In this document: piece after piece, positions 1 to 8,552 of the stretch
How positions within the stretch are numbered: the stretch's first letter is position 1
How the letters are laid out: every line of letters begins with the position of its first letter
Virus record (IMG/VR): IMGVR_UViG_3300035454_000933
Span: 154-64,153 of that record
Strand: one strand, 5' to 3'
DNA length: 64,000 nucleotides
Origin: a virus
Taxonomy: Duplodnaviria > Caudoviricetes
Position numbers and translations under genes: made by a program
Notes under the pieces: model-generated
The model's database searches: none
Told to the model about the DNA's origin: nothing
Seen by the model: only the letters and a program-made list of their open reading frames with translations

Positions 1-261
1 GTCCGCCTGCCTGATCTGCGCCTCGTGCGCCATTCGATGCCCGTGCGGGTCGCCACCAGGGAACGCTGACGAAATCAGCGCCTTGATCTGGGAGTACTGC
101 TGCTCCATGTGCCCGACCATCTTCGACTCGTGCTCTTCCAGGGCGGACCCCACGGCGCGCTCGATCAACAATTCGACCCGGTCTTCGGACACGCCTTTTT
201 GCGAAGGTGGCGGGCAAAATTCGGCTTCGCTCAAAACGGACCCCTGGTGATCAACGAACAT
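1..261 (-). CDS. Partial conserved phage protein (runs off the window), possibly lysis-cassette associated
   Basis: Manual translation MFVDHQGSVLSEAEFCPPPSQKGVSEDRVELLIERAVGSALEEHESK...SAFPGGDPHGHRMAHEAQIRQAD; late promoter motif at 281-287; an in-frame ATG 12 nt upstream is also possible. Confidence 0.6.
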   Translation of the reverse strand, partial: MFVDHQGSVLSEAEFCPPPSQKGVSEDRVELLIERAVGSALEEHESKMVGHMEQQYSQIKALISSAFPGGDPHGHRMAHEAQIRQAD

Positions 262-265
262 GGAA

Positions 266-287
266 GACCCCATTCTCATGTCACGAC
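266..287 (-). promoter_or_regulatory. Late promoter motif GTCGTGA-CAT-GAGAAT
   Basis: Matches the recurrent consensus. Confidence 0.6.
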
Positions 288-307
288 GAACGGCTTGATA
301 CAGCCTG

Positions 308-847
308 TTACTGGCCGGCTGGCGCGGGGTAGTTCGGGATCTTGCCGATCGCCTCGCTGCCCAGCGTGCCCGTCGAGTCGATGCCGTACCGCCCAGTGCT
401 GCCGATCTCGCGGCCGAACTCCAGGTAGGTGGCGTTGTCGCTGGCGCGCATTTCCCGCTGCGTGCGGTTGTTGTCCAGCGCCACATCACGCCCGAACTTC
501 ACGCCCAACCAGCCGCGCGCCTCGCGCGAAATCGAAACGGCCTGCTCCAGTGGGTCCGGCGGCATGTAGTAGCCGCCACCGTTGCCCTGGCCACCACCAC
601 CGGTGGCCGCGGACTTGATGGCGTCGGCCTGCACCGCAGAGCCCGCCATGGCGCGCCCGACGTCGCTGTTGGACTTGGCCAGCTCCTGCACGGCCTTCCA
701 CTTTTCGATATCGGCCTTGGCCTGCCACTTCGACGCCGCGATGCGGGCGCTGGCCTGCTTCTCGACGATCAGCGCAGCGTTCGGCGCTGAGCAACCGACC
801 ATAAAAAACGCCACGGAGGCGAGGAAGGCGTAGAAAAAGCGTCGCAT
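308..847 (-). CDS. Predicted lipoprotein, function unknown (179 aa)
   Basis: MRRFFYAFLASVAFFMVG|C signal II lipobox; SD AAAGGAG upstream. Confidence 0.7.
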   Translation of the reverse strand: MRRFFYAFLASVAFFMVGCSAPNAALIVEKQASARIAASKWQAKADIEKWKAVQELAKSNSDVGRAMAGSAVQADAIKSAATGGGGQGNGGGYYMPPDPLEQAVSISREARGWLGVKFGRDVALDNNRTQREMRASDNATYLEFGREIGSTGRYGIDSTGTLGSEAIGKIPNYPAPAGQ

Positions 848-867
848 GAAAGCTCCTTTGAAAAAAC

Positions 868-1536
868 TCAGATAGCCGCTTGGCGCAGCGCCAGACGGAA
901 GCGCACCACCTCGATCGTGTCGACCATGTCGGCGCCGGCAGCGATCACCAGGTCGGGTGAGGTGGTGGCCGTGTAGGCGGAAGCCAACAGCTTGACCCCG
1001 TTCAAGAACACCATGATGGAGCCCGGCGCGTAGCCACCGGTGACGGTGAACGCCGTCTGAGCATCGGCTGTCGGCACGATGAGCACCGAGTCGAAGGCTA
1101 TGCCGAGCGCGGCGCTGTCCAGCTTGGACTTGTCGGATGCAGACATGAACCCAGCGACGGAATCCGTGGCGACGGCGTGCGCAGATCCACCGGATCCGGT
1201 GTGGTCGAACAGCAGACCGATGTTGTCCTTCAGCGCGTCAACGATTTCCTGCAAGGTGTCGAAGTCAGGGTCATCAGACGCCAACAGAACATCAATGGCC
1301 GCCAGCGCGGTGTCGACCGCCTCCAGATGCGTTCCGTGCGTTGCCAACGTGGATGCGTTGGCGCCCAGAGCGTCAACGATGGCCTGCACGGACGCCAGCA
1401 ACGGTTCGTCGCTGGACAGCACGGCGTCTATGGCGGTTAGCGCGGCGCGCAGCCGCAGGACGTCGTCCTCCAGGGGGTTGTCCTGGTGCGGAAGTGGCAG
1501 GTCAATGCCGGGCGTGCGATCGTCGATGACTGCCAT
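868..1536 (-). CDS. Tail fibre/baseplate-associated protein (222 aa)
   Basis: N-terminus DDRTPGIDLPLPHQDNPLEDDVLRLRAALTAID and DFDTLQEIVDAL resemble tail-fibre head segments; coupled to the upstream baseplate genes. Confidence 0.55.
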   Translation of the reverse strand: MAVIDDRTPGIDLPLPHQDNPLEDDVLRLRAALTAIDAVLSSDEPLLASVQAIVDALGANASTLATHGTHLEAVDTALAAIDVLLASDDPDFDTLQEIVDALKDNIGLLFDHTGSGGSAHAVATDSVAGFMSASDKSKLDSAALGIAFDSVLIVPTADAQTAFTVTGGYAPGSIMVFLNGVKLLASAYTATTSPDLVIAAGADMVDTIEVVRFRLALRQAAI

Positions 1537-1538
1537 GA

Positions 1539-2744
1539 TCAGATCGTCATGAAGCGCAGGTTCTTGACCCGCGGGCGCGCCGCCGTGTTGCCGGTCAGGT
1601 TCAGCTTGATCTGCACCATCGCCTCGGTCACGCCGGTCACCTCGTGCGTGATCTCGTAGAAGCCGTTGTCGCCAGGCGCCGAGCCCACGAACGGCACCGT
1701 AGCCCAGGTGTCGCCGACGTCAGCCCCCTTGAACTGCACACCGACCGACGAGCCGCCGGGGATCAGGGCGTCGAAGATGACCTTCACGCGCACACCGGTT
1801 CCGCCTTTGATGGCGCGCGACACGTAGCTGTCGGTGCCGTTGACCGTGCCGACGATCAGCTCGGTACCCGGGAAAAGGGATGGGCCCAGGTCGGCGTCGC
1901 CGAACATGCGCGCCGTCACGGTCACGTTGCCGGTGACGGGAGCCGCCAGGCGCACCGGCTGGCCGCTGGACACCGTCACCACCTGGCCACCAGGGATGGA
2001 CAGCTGGAACTGCACGCTGGTCTGCGAGCCGGGCTCATCGACCAGGGCCGACACCATGAGGTCGGTCGCGTTGACCACCGCCACGGTGCCGAGCACGACG
2101 CTCTTGTCGGACTGCGTGTAGACGGCGCGGTGCAGGCGGAAGGTGAGGTCGCGATCCTGGTGCGGCGTCCAGGTCGCGTTGTTGCTCGACGACAGCAGCA
2201 CACCCACGGTGTAGGGTTGGCTGGTCACCCAGCGCTGGTTCACGCGGTCGAATTTTCCCAGCTCGGCCATGCGCAGCTCGGAGACAGCGTCGTCGCACAT
2301 CGCCACCAGGGCGTACTGCGTGTTGGCGAACAAGAAAATGGGCGCCGGGAAGGTCAGGCGAGTGTGCGCCGTCAGCGTGCTGATGTCGGCCGGCTTGACG
2401 CGGACCTCACCGATCACACCGGACGCCGGAACACCGCTCTCGACCTCGCGGATTTGCACGATGATGTCCGAGTCACCCTTGGCCTTGAACCACAGGTCGA
2501 CGGCGCTGATCTGGCAGGCGGCATCCAGGCTGAAGGTCTGCGCCAGCGGGTCGAAGAAGGTCTGGCGCACGGTGCTGATGATGCGCCGGACTTCGGACAC
2601 GACGGTTCCGGAACCGGTGAACGTGGCCGCACCATGGGAGCCACCAGCGCCGACGAACGACACGCGCTTGGTGCCCGCCGGGACGTTGGCAGGAATCGTG
2701 ATCTTCCCGTTGATAACGCCGTTGGCGTCTGCGATCAAAGGCAT
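1539..2744 (-). CDS. Virion structural protein resembling the C-terminal part of DUF4815-type baseplate proteins (401 aa)
   Basis: DPLAQTFSL, ISAVDLWF and WTPHQDRDLTFRL motifs; follows the 648-aa gene. Confidence 0.65.
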   Translation of the reverse strand: MPLIADANGVINGKITIPANVPAGTKRVSFVGAGGSHGAATFTGSGTVVSEVRRIISTVRQTFFDPLAQTFSLDAACQISAVDLWFKAKGDSDIIVQIREVESGVPASGVIGEVRVKPADISTLTAHTRLTFPAPIFLFANTQYALVAMCDDAVSELRMAELGKFDRVNQRWVTSQPYTVGVLLSSSNNATWTPHQDRDLTFRLHRAVYTQSDKSVVLGTVAVVNATDLMVSALVDEPGSQTSVQFQLSIPGGQVVTVSSGQPVRLAAPVTGNVTVTARMFGDADLGPSLFPGTELIVGTVNGTDSYVSRAIKGGTGVRVKVIFDALIPGGSSVGVQFKGADVGDTWATVPFVGSAPGDNGFYEITHEVTGVTEAMVQIKLNLTGNTAARPRVKNLRFMTI

Positions 2745-2759
2745 TTTGAGTCCTTGGAA

Positions 2760-4706
2760 TTAAACCGTTGCGGTGACAGGGATTCCGTCGAAAGTGACGC
2801 TCTGCAGTACCTCGCCGGCGCCGAAGCCATTGATCTGGAAAGAGAGCTGGATCTGGCGCAGGAACTCGGCCGGTGCGTTTTGTGAGGACAGCAACACCAC
2901 GGTGTTCGATGTGTCGGTCCAAAACCGGTTGGCGCCGTGCCAGCCAGGGGCGAAGCCGACGATGCGCTGCGTGATGGCAGAAGCCCAAGTCGTCTGGATG
3001 TCGGTCCAGCGATCGATGGCCGGTGTGAGCCGCACGGCGGCCGGCAACGGGTCGAACGCCATGTAAGGGTTGACCTTCATGAAGCCGGTCTGCGAGATCT
3101 GCTGCAGGACCACGCCCAGGGTATGCGCCATGCCGGTCTCGACGGTCACGTCGGCCGATGGGATCTCGACTTTAGAGACGGTCACGGACAGCGTGAGTTC
3201 ACCTTCGAAGATGGCGGCATCGTTGACGACTCCGGCATCGCGCAGCGTGTCATCGAGGAACGGGTCAACGAAAAGGCCCTTTTTCTGGATGGCCTCTTTC
3301 AGGTTCGCCGAGCTCTCCAGTCGCTGCTGCGAGATCAGGCCCAGCATGTAGTCGATGCGGCCGTTGAGCTGAGCCAGGTCCTGCATGGGCACCACGCGAA
3401 CACCGTCGTTGGACAGCGTGCGCGTGACGCGCCAGTTCTGCTGCACGGTGGCCAGAACCAGAAGGTCGCGCGGCACCGTTGGGACGATCGGGTTCCAGTC
3501 GGCGCTCACACCCTTGATCCAGGTGAACATGCCGTCTGGCGTCATCACCAGGCGGTCGAAGCGCGGCAGCTTCTGGCGGTAGGTCACCAGCACCAGGGAG
3601 TCCACCACGGCGCCGGTGACGGTGAATCCGTCGTCGTCAACAGCGGTTGGGGTGATGGTCTGGATGTGGCGGTAGGTCGCGGTGTAGGTCGAGCCCGTGG
3701 CCGGCTCCGGGCCCGCCAGGCTCCAGTCCACCTGGCCGGCGGTCAACTGGTAGTCGACGCCGGCCACGTAGGTCGTGCCACCCTGGACGATGGAGACGAT
3801 CTGCAGCACCGACGTGTCGGGCAGCGGGTCCATGGCGCCAACAAATCCGCCGTGCGTGATCGTGACGGTCTTCTGCGCGGTGATCGCCACCTCGATGATG
3901 TCGTTGATCGGGCCGCGGTCGACGTTGATTCGCTGCGAGGCGACCGTGGTGCTGATGTGCGGCTCGTTGCCGATCAGCTTCGTGTCGGGCGCCGCGGCGT
4001 ACACCAGGCGGCGCGATGTGGTCTGCTCGACGCCGAAGCCGTTCACGCGAGCCCGGCCCTCGGCCACGGTGTAGACCTGCTCACCGGTCACCAGGTCGTC
4101 GGACTGCTGCACAGTGAGGCCGGACACCACGTAGGTGCCGCCCGCGCTGTCGCGGTCGTAGCGCGCCAGGGACTGGGTGAATGCGTCCAGGTTCGGCGGC
4201 ACTTCCTTGGCGGTCAGGCTGCCGTCCTCGACGGTGTAGACCGGGAAGAAGTCGCCCGACTGACCGTCGCCGGCATAGCCCCAGCTCGGCTCGATCTTCA
4301 TGCGGCCGGCACCCGGCTCCTGGTAGTTGCGCGTCAGGCTGGCTGGGTCGCGGAGCTCCGGGTCGTCGATCTCCGTCACAGCGGTGGTGGACAGGTAGAT
4401 GCCGATGGCCACGATGCCGGTGGTGGCGATCGTGAAGGTGGCCGACGGGATGCCGCGCACGGCGCCGCGCAGGTAGACGGCGCCGGACTCGCAGCGCACG
4501 ATACCGGTGTTCGCATCGACCACGGCGCGGGCGTCGCGCACGATGTCGCCATCCTTGAACAGCGCGTCACCGATGCCTTTGAGGCGCGTGCGCAGAGCGG
4601 TCTGCACCTCGTTGAGCTCGGCCGACTGCAGCACGTAGCCGGCGCGGAACAGGTGCGCCTCGTAGTTCTTGCTCTCGTCGAAACGATCGTAGTGTCCGGT
4701 GATCAT
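2760..4706 (-). CDS. DUF4815-like baseplate/tail structural protein (648 aa)
   Basis: N-terminal HYDRFDESKNYEAHLFRAGYVLQSAELNEVQ; later GLFVDPFLDD. Confidence 0.75.
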   Translation of the reverse strand: MITGHYDRFDESKNYEAHLFRAGYVLQSAELNEVQTALRTRLKGIGDALFKDGDIVRDARAVVDANTGIVRCESGAVYLRGAVRGIPSATFTIATTGIVAIGIYLSTTAVTEIDDPELRDPASLTRNYQEPGAGRMKIEPSWGYAGDGQSGDFFPVYTVEDGSLTAKEVPPNLDAFTQSLARYDRDSAGGTYVVSGLTVQQSDDLVTGEQVYTVAEGRARVNGFGVEQTTSRRLVYAAAPDTKLIGNEPHISTTVASQRINVDRGPINDIIEVAITAQKTVTITHGGFVGAMDPLPDTSVLQIVSIVQGGTTYVAGVDYQLTAGQVDWSLAGPEPATGSTYTATYRHIQTITPTAVDDDGFTVTGAVVDSLVLVTYRQKLPRFDRLVMTPDGMFTWIKGVSADWNPIVPTVPRDLLVLATVQQNWRVTRTLSNDGVRVVPMQDLAQLNGRIDYMLGLISQQRLESSANLKEAIQKKGLFVDPFLDDTLRDAGVVNDAAIFEGELTLSVTVSKVEIPSADVTVETGMAHTLGVVLQQISQTGFMKVNPYMAFDPLPAAVRLTPAIDRWTDIQTTWASAITQRIVGFAPGWHGANRFWTDTSNTVVLLSSQNAPAEFLRQIQLSFQINGFGAGEVLQSVTFDGIPVTATV

Positions 4707-4718
4707 GTGAGAGGATCC

Positions 4719-5201
4719 TTAGAAGGTAACGACGAACTCGAACGTCTGGCGCACGCTGGCGCTGCGTTCGAATTTCTGGATGTGCTCGATCACCAGCAGC
4801 TGACCCATGGCATCGACCTCGGCCGGCGTGAAGTACATCTGGCCGCCAGGCAGCAGCGGGTCGGTGATGGTGCCAACGAACACACCCAGCTCGCGGATCG
4901 TGCTGGTCGGCGCGTCGGTGAAGTCGAAGGCGAAGCGCATGTAGAGGTGCTTCGTCGGGTCCACAGACTCCGTGAAGCGCCCAGTCGGCACGATGATCTC
5001 GCCGGCCACGTCGGGCTCGCAGTATTGGGTGTAGGCCGCCTTGCGCAGGCCGATCAGGTTCAGCAGCCCGGTGGCGGCGATGGACTCGGCCACGGGGACG
5101 GTGTCCCAGGCTGCGTCGCCGGAGCCCCAGCCCAAGTGCAGAGGCTGGGATTTGACCGACGTCGCCATGGCGATGCGGCCGGAGTTGGTGAGGATTGCCA
5201 T
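4719..5201 (-). CDS. Baseplate/tail-fibre attachment protein (160 aa)
   Basis: MAILTNSGRIAMA...LHLGWGSGDAAW...TIRELGVF; position in the tail module. Confidence 0.65.
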   Translation of the reverse strand: MAILTNSGRIAMATSVKSQPLHLGWGSGDAAWDTVPVAESIAATGLLNLIGLRKAAYTQYCEPDVAGEIIVPTGRFTESVDPTKHLYMRFAFDFTDAPTSTIRELGVFVGTITDPLLPGGQMYFTPAEVDAMGQLLVIEHIQKFERSASVRQTFEFVVTF

Positions 5202-5222
5202 GAGTGACCCTGTTTGAAGCTC

Positions 5223-5244
5223 CGGGTCATTTTGGCGTCACGAC
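5223..5244 (-). promoter_or_regulatory. Late promoter motif GTCGTGA-CGC-CAAAAT (leadered)
   Basis: Intergenic, 36 nt before ATG 5201. Confidence 0.7.
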
Positions 5245-5291
5245 GACTGTGGATGCGATCATGCCGTCGGCGGCGCGGATGGTGAGGAAGG

Positions 5292-5579
5292 TCATACAAC
5301 AACCCCAATCCGTTCCGCTATTTGGCTGATAGCCAGCCGCGCTTGAACGCAAGATTTCACAAGGCCAATCTCTGCAGCGCCCGCCTCAATGATGGCAGAC
5401 GTTTGATTCATGACAGCTTCGCTGCACTTTTCAGCAATAGGCTCAGACCCAGGCCCATCAGTTGCAGAGCATAACAAGCTCGACATTTTCTCCAATGCCT
5501 GGCGCATGCCCTCGATAGCCTCAACTGTCAGATTCCCGCTGCCGAGATTCAAAATGGACTCGTAAACAGACATTTTCAT
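5292..5579 (-). CDS. Hypothetical protein (95 aa)
   Basis: ORF immediately after the 246-aa gene; less GC-rich codon usage than flanking genes. Confidence 0.45.
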   Translation of the reverse strand: MKMSVYESILNLGSGNLTVEAIEGMRQALEKMSSLLCSATDGPGSEPIAEKCSEAVMNQTSAIIEAGAAEIGLVKSCVQARLAISQIAERIGVVV

Positions 5580-5582
5580 CCT

Positions 5583-6323
5583 TTATGAAACGGCATATTT
5601 GCTGCGCATGGCGGTCATCATTGCCTGCGCCAGCGCCTGATGTGCGACCCAGATGTTCTCTGCAAAGAAATGCAACTCGAACATATGGCAGAATAAGTCG
5701 GTGATCTGCGTCAGGTTGGTTGGCAGGCCATCCATGTCACCGAAGCGCGCCCCAAACTTTCCAGACCCGACAGCAACGGAGTTCCCACTCGTCGTTCCGG
5801 AAGCCGCCGCTGTTTCTGTGATGGCCACCCCGTTGCTGGTCGAGTAGCCCTTGCGCGTCTGCTGGTCCGTCGCGAAGCCAACCACGACGAGATCGTCATT
5901 GTTTCGAGACTGAGTAGCTTGCAATACACCTGATGGTGTCCTCCAGTTAACGCTGCGTGCCCCGCTGAAATGCGAAAGACTCAATTGCCCGTTGCTGGAC
6001 AAAGTGACTGCGTCGTCAAACAAGATCGGGTATCGACTGATAGTCGATCCGGTCGCGAGCACCGGCTTCAAGATAGCGACGACCGATCCCATCCATGGCA
6101 CAGGAATTTGGAATCGCCCATGAAAGGTGTTGTCCAACGTAACGCCTCGCCGCCCATTAATCGTGGCAAAAACAGGCGTCCCTGCCGTAATTGACAAGTC
6201 AGCGCGCTGCCCATAGCCGGAAAGATCGCGAAACGTTTTGGTCGAGGCGTCGTAGAAAATTTCGCTTTCGTCAGAGAAGCGGTAGCCCTGCACATAAGAC
6301 GGTACTTCAAAAGGAAAAGTCAT
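5583..6323 (-). CDS. Tailspike-associated beta-rich protein, possibly lectin-like (246 aa)
   Basis: Start overlaps the stop of the esterase tailspike; beta-strand-rich composition. Confidence 0.55.
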   Translation of the reverse strand: MTFPFEVPSYVQGYRFSDESEIFYDASTKTFRDLSGYGQRADLSITAGTPVFATINGRRGVTLDNTFHGRFQIPVPWMGSVVAILKPVLATGSTISRYPILFDDAVTLSSNGQLSLSHFSGARSVNWRTPSGVLQATQSRNNDDLVVVGFATDQQTRKGYSTSNGVAITETAAASGTTSGNSVAVGSGKFGARFGDMDGLPTNLTQITDLFCHMFELHFFAENIWVAHQALAQAMMTAMRSKYAVS

Positions 6324-8473
6324 CAGACAGCCCTCACTTCATCAAAAACCTGCGGGGCCGCCCAAACGCGGTTCACGTAGGTGTGGGTTAGAATTGACGG
6401 CCAGCCCTCGCCTTGGGCGCGAACAAGGGAACCTGGAAGATTTTCAGGCCCAACTTTAAGGCTTCCGTCGGTCGTCTGCGATGCAATCCGCAGAACCTGT
6501 TGGCTGATCAGCCCGACCGGCGCAGAAGCCAATGTTCCCCGCACCTTCCAGCCCTCATAAACCACGGCGGTGATACCGATTTGCGCACCGTTGTCGAACC
6601 ACTCAAACCCATCCTCAGCTAAAGCCGTGTTCAGGTTCTGACCGACATTTAGCGTCGTGTCGCGCTCGACCGGGCCTGAGAACGTCGCCACGAACTGAGT
6701 GCCGCTCAGTGTCACGTCTGTAATATGCAGAGCGCCCCATCGCTTGCCATCCTCGGCATAGGACCGAAGTGCACGTCCAACCGCCTCGCCGCGCTGAATG
6801 TAGCCCTCCTGTGTCGGGTGCACTCGATCAGATCCAGTCGGCCATTGGTAGATGCCGCCAAAATCAATCCCGCCAGGCAAATCGCGGGCAAGACGTCTGA
6901 TTGCTTCTCTGATTTCAGCGTAGGTCAGGCCCGCTATCGTGCCGGGTGCGGGAGATGTGAACACGATGGGGGCAACATAGCCTGGCTTGCGCATCGCTTG
7001 GGCCGCATAAAGCTGAGCTCGACCGTAATATTCGACACCCAGATCATAGTAATCCTGCTCTGTCGTGCCCTCTGAAGCGTTTGCTTCTCCGTGCGCGGTG
7101 TAGAACATCACCTCTGGGTCGAACCCATCCGCCAACGCCAACGCGCAAAGACGTTGCAGAATCGCCCACAGATTCGTCGCCGGCCCGCCAGTCATAAGCA
7201 CTTGCAAGGACCGTGCGCCGATGGCAACGCTACCAATATAGACACTGGCGAACTTGCCACCGATGATGGTGTTGACCACGCCGACCATGGGCGTCTGAGC
7301 CGTGCGTTCCTCGAAGTCGACAACAGACGCCAACTCCGACCAGTGCCCAACGTGGGTGGCGTTGGCCGCAAAGAACTGCCAGTTCGTGATGCTTGCCCCA
7401 CCAAACGGCATCTTGGCTACAGGGGCACCCCTTGTTGCGACAATCGCATTGCGCGGCGCATTGAGCGATTGCCCGAGCAGCACCACGACGGCCGCTTTGG
7501 GGCGTGTCGAGCCAGCCGTGCGGAGCCTGTCCAGATACCGCTGGCGCCTTGTCCCGAACTCAATAGCCTCTTGCACCGGAGCCGAAGCGGGGTACCGTGC
7601 AAGCTCCGTCGCTGTCGTGCTGTTGGTCCTGGCGTACCGGATGATTTCGTTTGCCCCAACAACCTGAAATTGCTGACCGTCTGCGGTGACGGCAAGACCT
7701 GCCGCTGTGGTTGTGTACACCAGAGCGTTGACCGTGGCCGCATCACGGGCAGCCTGCGCCACCGCCGAAGCCGTCTCGGCCGCCGTGCGCGCCACAACAG
7801 CGGCTGCGCGCTCAGCGGTAGAGGTGCCGGCAGCCTCGACCGCGGTAACCGCCTGCGCGGAAGCCTGCGCGGCAGCAGACAGCGTGGCGTCGAGCGCCTC
7901 CTGCACGGGCGCCAGCGACGTGGCGCCGGCATCCTCGATCTCGGCCACCTTGGTGGCGGCCAGGCTTGATATTGCTGCCGCGGCGGTGGACGATGTGGCC
8001 ACGAAGCTGTCGCGAGCCACAACAGCAGCCGAAGCCGCGTTCACCGCCGTCGTGGCCGCAGTGGTGGCGTCTGACGCCTTCTGCTGAGTGGTGGTCTGCG
8101 CCTGGTAGGCGTAGGTCGCGGCATTGCTGGCCTGCAGCTGGGCCGCATCAGCGCCGGTGCGCGCCTGCTCGGCCAGCGCCTGGGCTGCCAGCGCGGCGTT
8201 CTTGTGCGCCAGCGCGGCGGCAGCGTTGACGGATGATGAGCCGGCAGCGGCCTCGGCGACAGCGATCTGCCCCAGGGCCTGGTCGGCTTTTCCGTCAGCA
8301 CCAAGCGCCACGCCAGCGGCGGCCTCGGTTGCAGCCTTCAGGAACGCCGTGCGATCGGCAAGCTGCTTGGCCTGGACGTTGATGACGCCGTCGGGGCCGC
8401 CAAGGACGGCGTCATCGGTTTCAATCTGGTCAACGGTTGGCGTCCAGACGGCGGACTCTGGCAGGTTGGACAT
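6323..8473 (-). CDS. Tailspike/fibre with C-terminal SGNH-type (sialate O-acetylesterase-like) domain (716 aa from ATG 8473)
   Basis: Anchor N-terminus shared with the 556-aa spike; Ala-rich coiled stalk; SGNH blocks LLGQSLN, AHGEAN, DRVHP. Confidence 0.75.
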   Translation of the reverse strand: MSNLPESAVWTPTVDQIETDDAVLGGPDGVINVQAKQLADRTAFLKAATEAAAGVALGADGKADQALGQIAVAEAAAGSSSVNAAAALAHKNAALAAQALAEQARTGADAAQLQASNAATYAYQAQTTTQQKASDATTAATTAVNAASAAVVARDSFVATSSTAAAAISSLAATKVAEIEDAGATSLAPVQEALDATLSAAAQASAQAVTAVEAAGTSTAERAAAVVARTAAETASAVAQAARDAATVNALVYTTTAAGLAVTADGQQFQVVGANEIIRYARTNSTTATELARYPASAPVQEAIEFGTRRQRYLDRLRTAGSTRPKAAVVVLLGQSLNAPRNAIVATRGAPVAKMPFGGASITNWQFFAANATHVGHWSELASVVDFEERTAQTPMVGVVNTIIGGKFASVYIGSVAIGARSLQVLMTGGPATNLWAILQRLCALALADGFDPEVMFYTAHGEANASEGTTEQDYYDLGVEYYGRAQLYAAQAMRKPGYVAPIVFTSPAPGTIAGLTYAEIREAIRRLARDLPGGIDFGGIYQWPTGSDRVHPTQEGYIQRGEAVGRALRSYAEDGKRWGALHITDVTLSGTQFVATFSGPVERDTTLNVGQNLNTALAEDGFEWFDNGAQIGITAVVYEGWKVRGTLASAPVGLISQQVLRIASQTTDGSLKVGPENLPGSLVRAQGEGWPSILTHTYVNRVWAAPQVFDEVRAV

Positions 8474-8496
8474 GGTCTGACTCAAATATTGGACTG

Positions 8497-8518
8497 AGGC
8501 CGATCATGGCATCACGAC
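8497..8518 (-). promoter_or_regulatory. Late promoter motif GTCGTGA-TGC-CATGAT (leadered)
   Basis: Intergenic, before the esterase tailspike. Confidence 0.65.
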
Positions 8519-8552
8519 GCCGACGCCCGGCACACGCCTCTGGACGCACCAC

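Noticed and set aside
1644-5207. Long plus-strand ORFs 1644-2885 and 2937-5207
   Set aside because: Antisense shadows of high-GC3 baseplate genes; Arg/Gly/His-rich with no motifs or RBS
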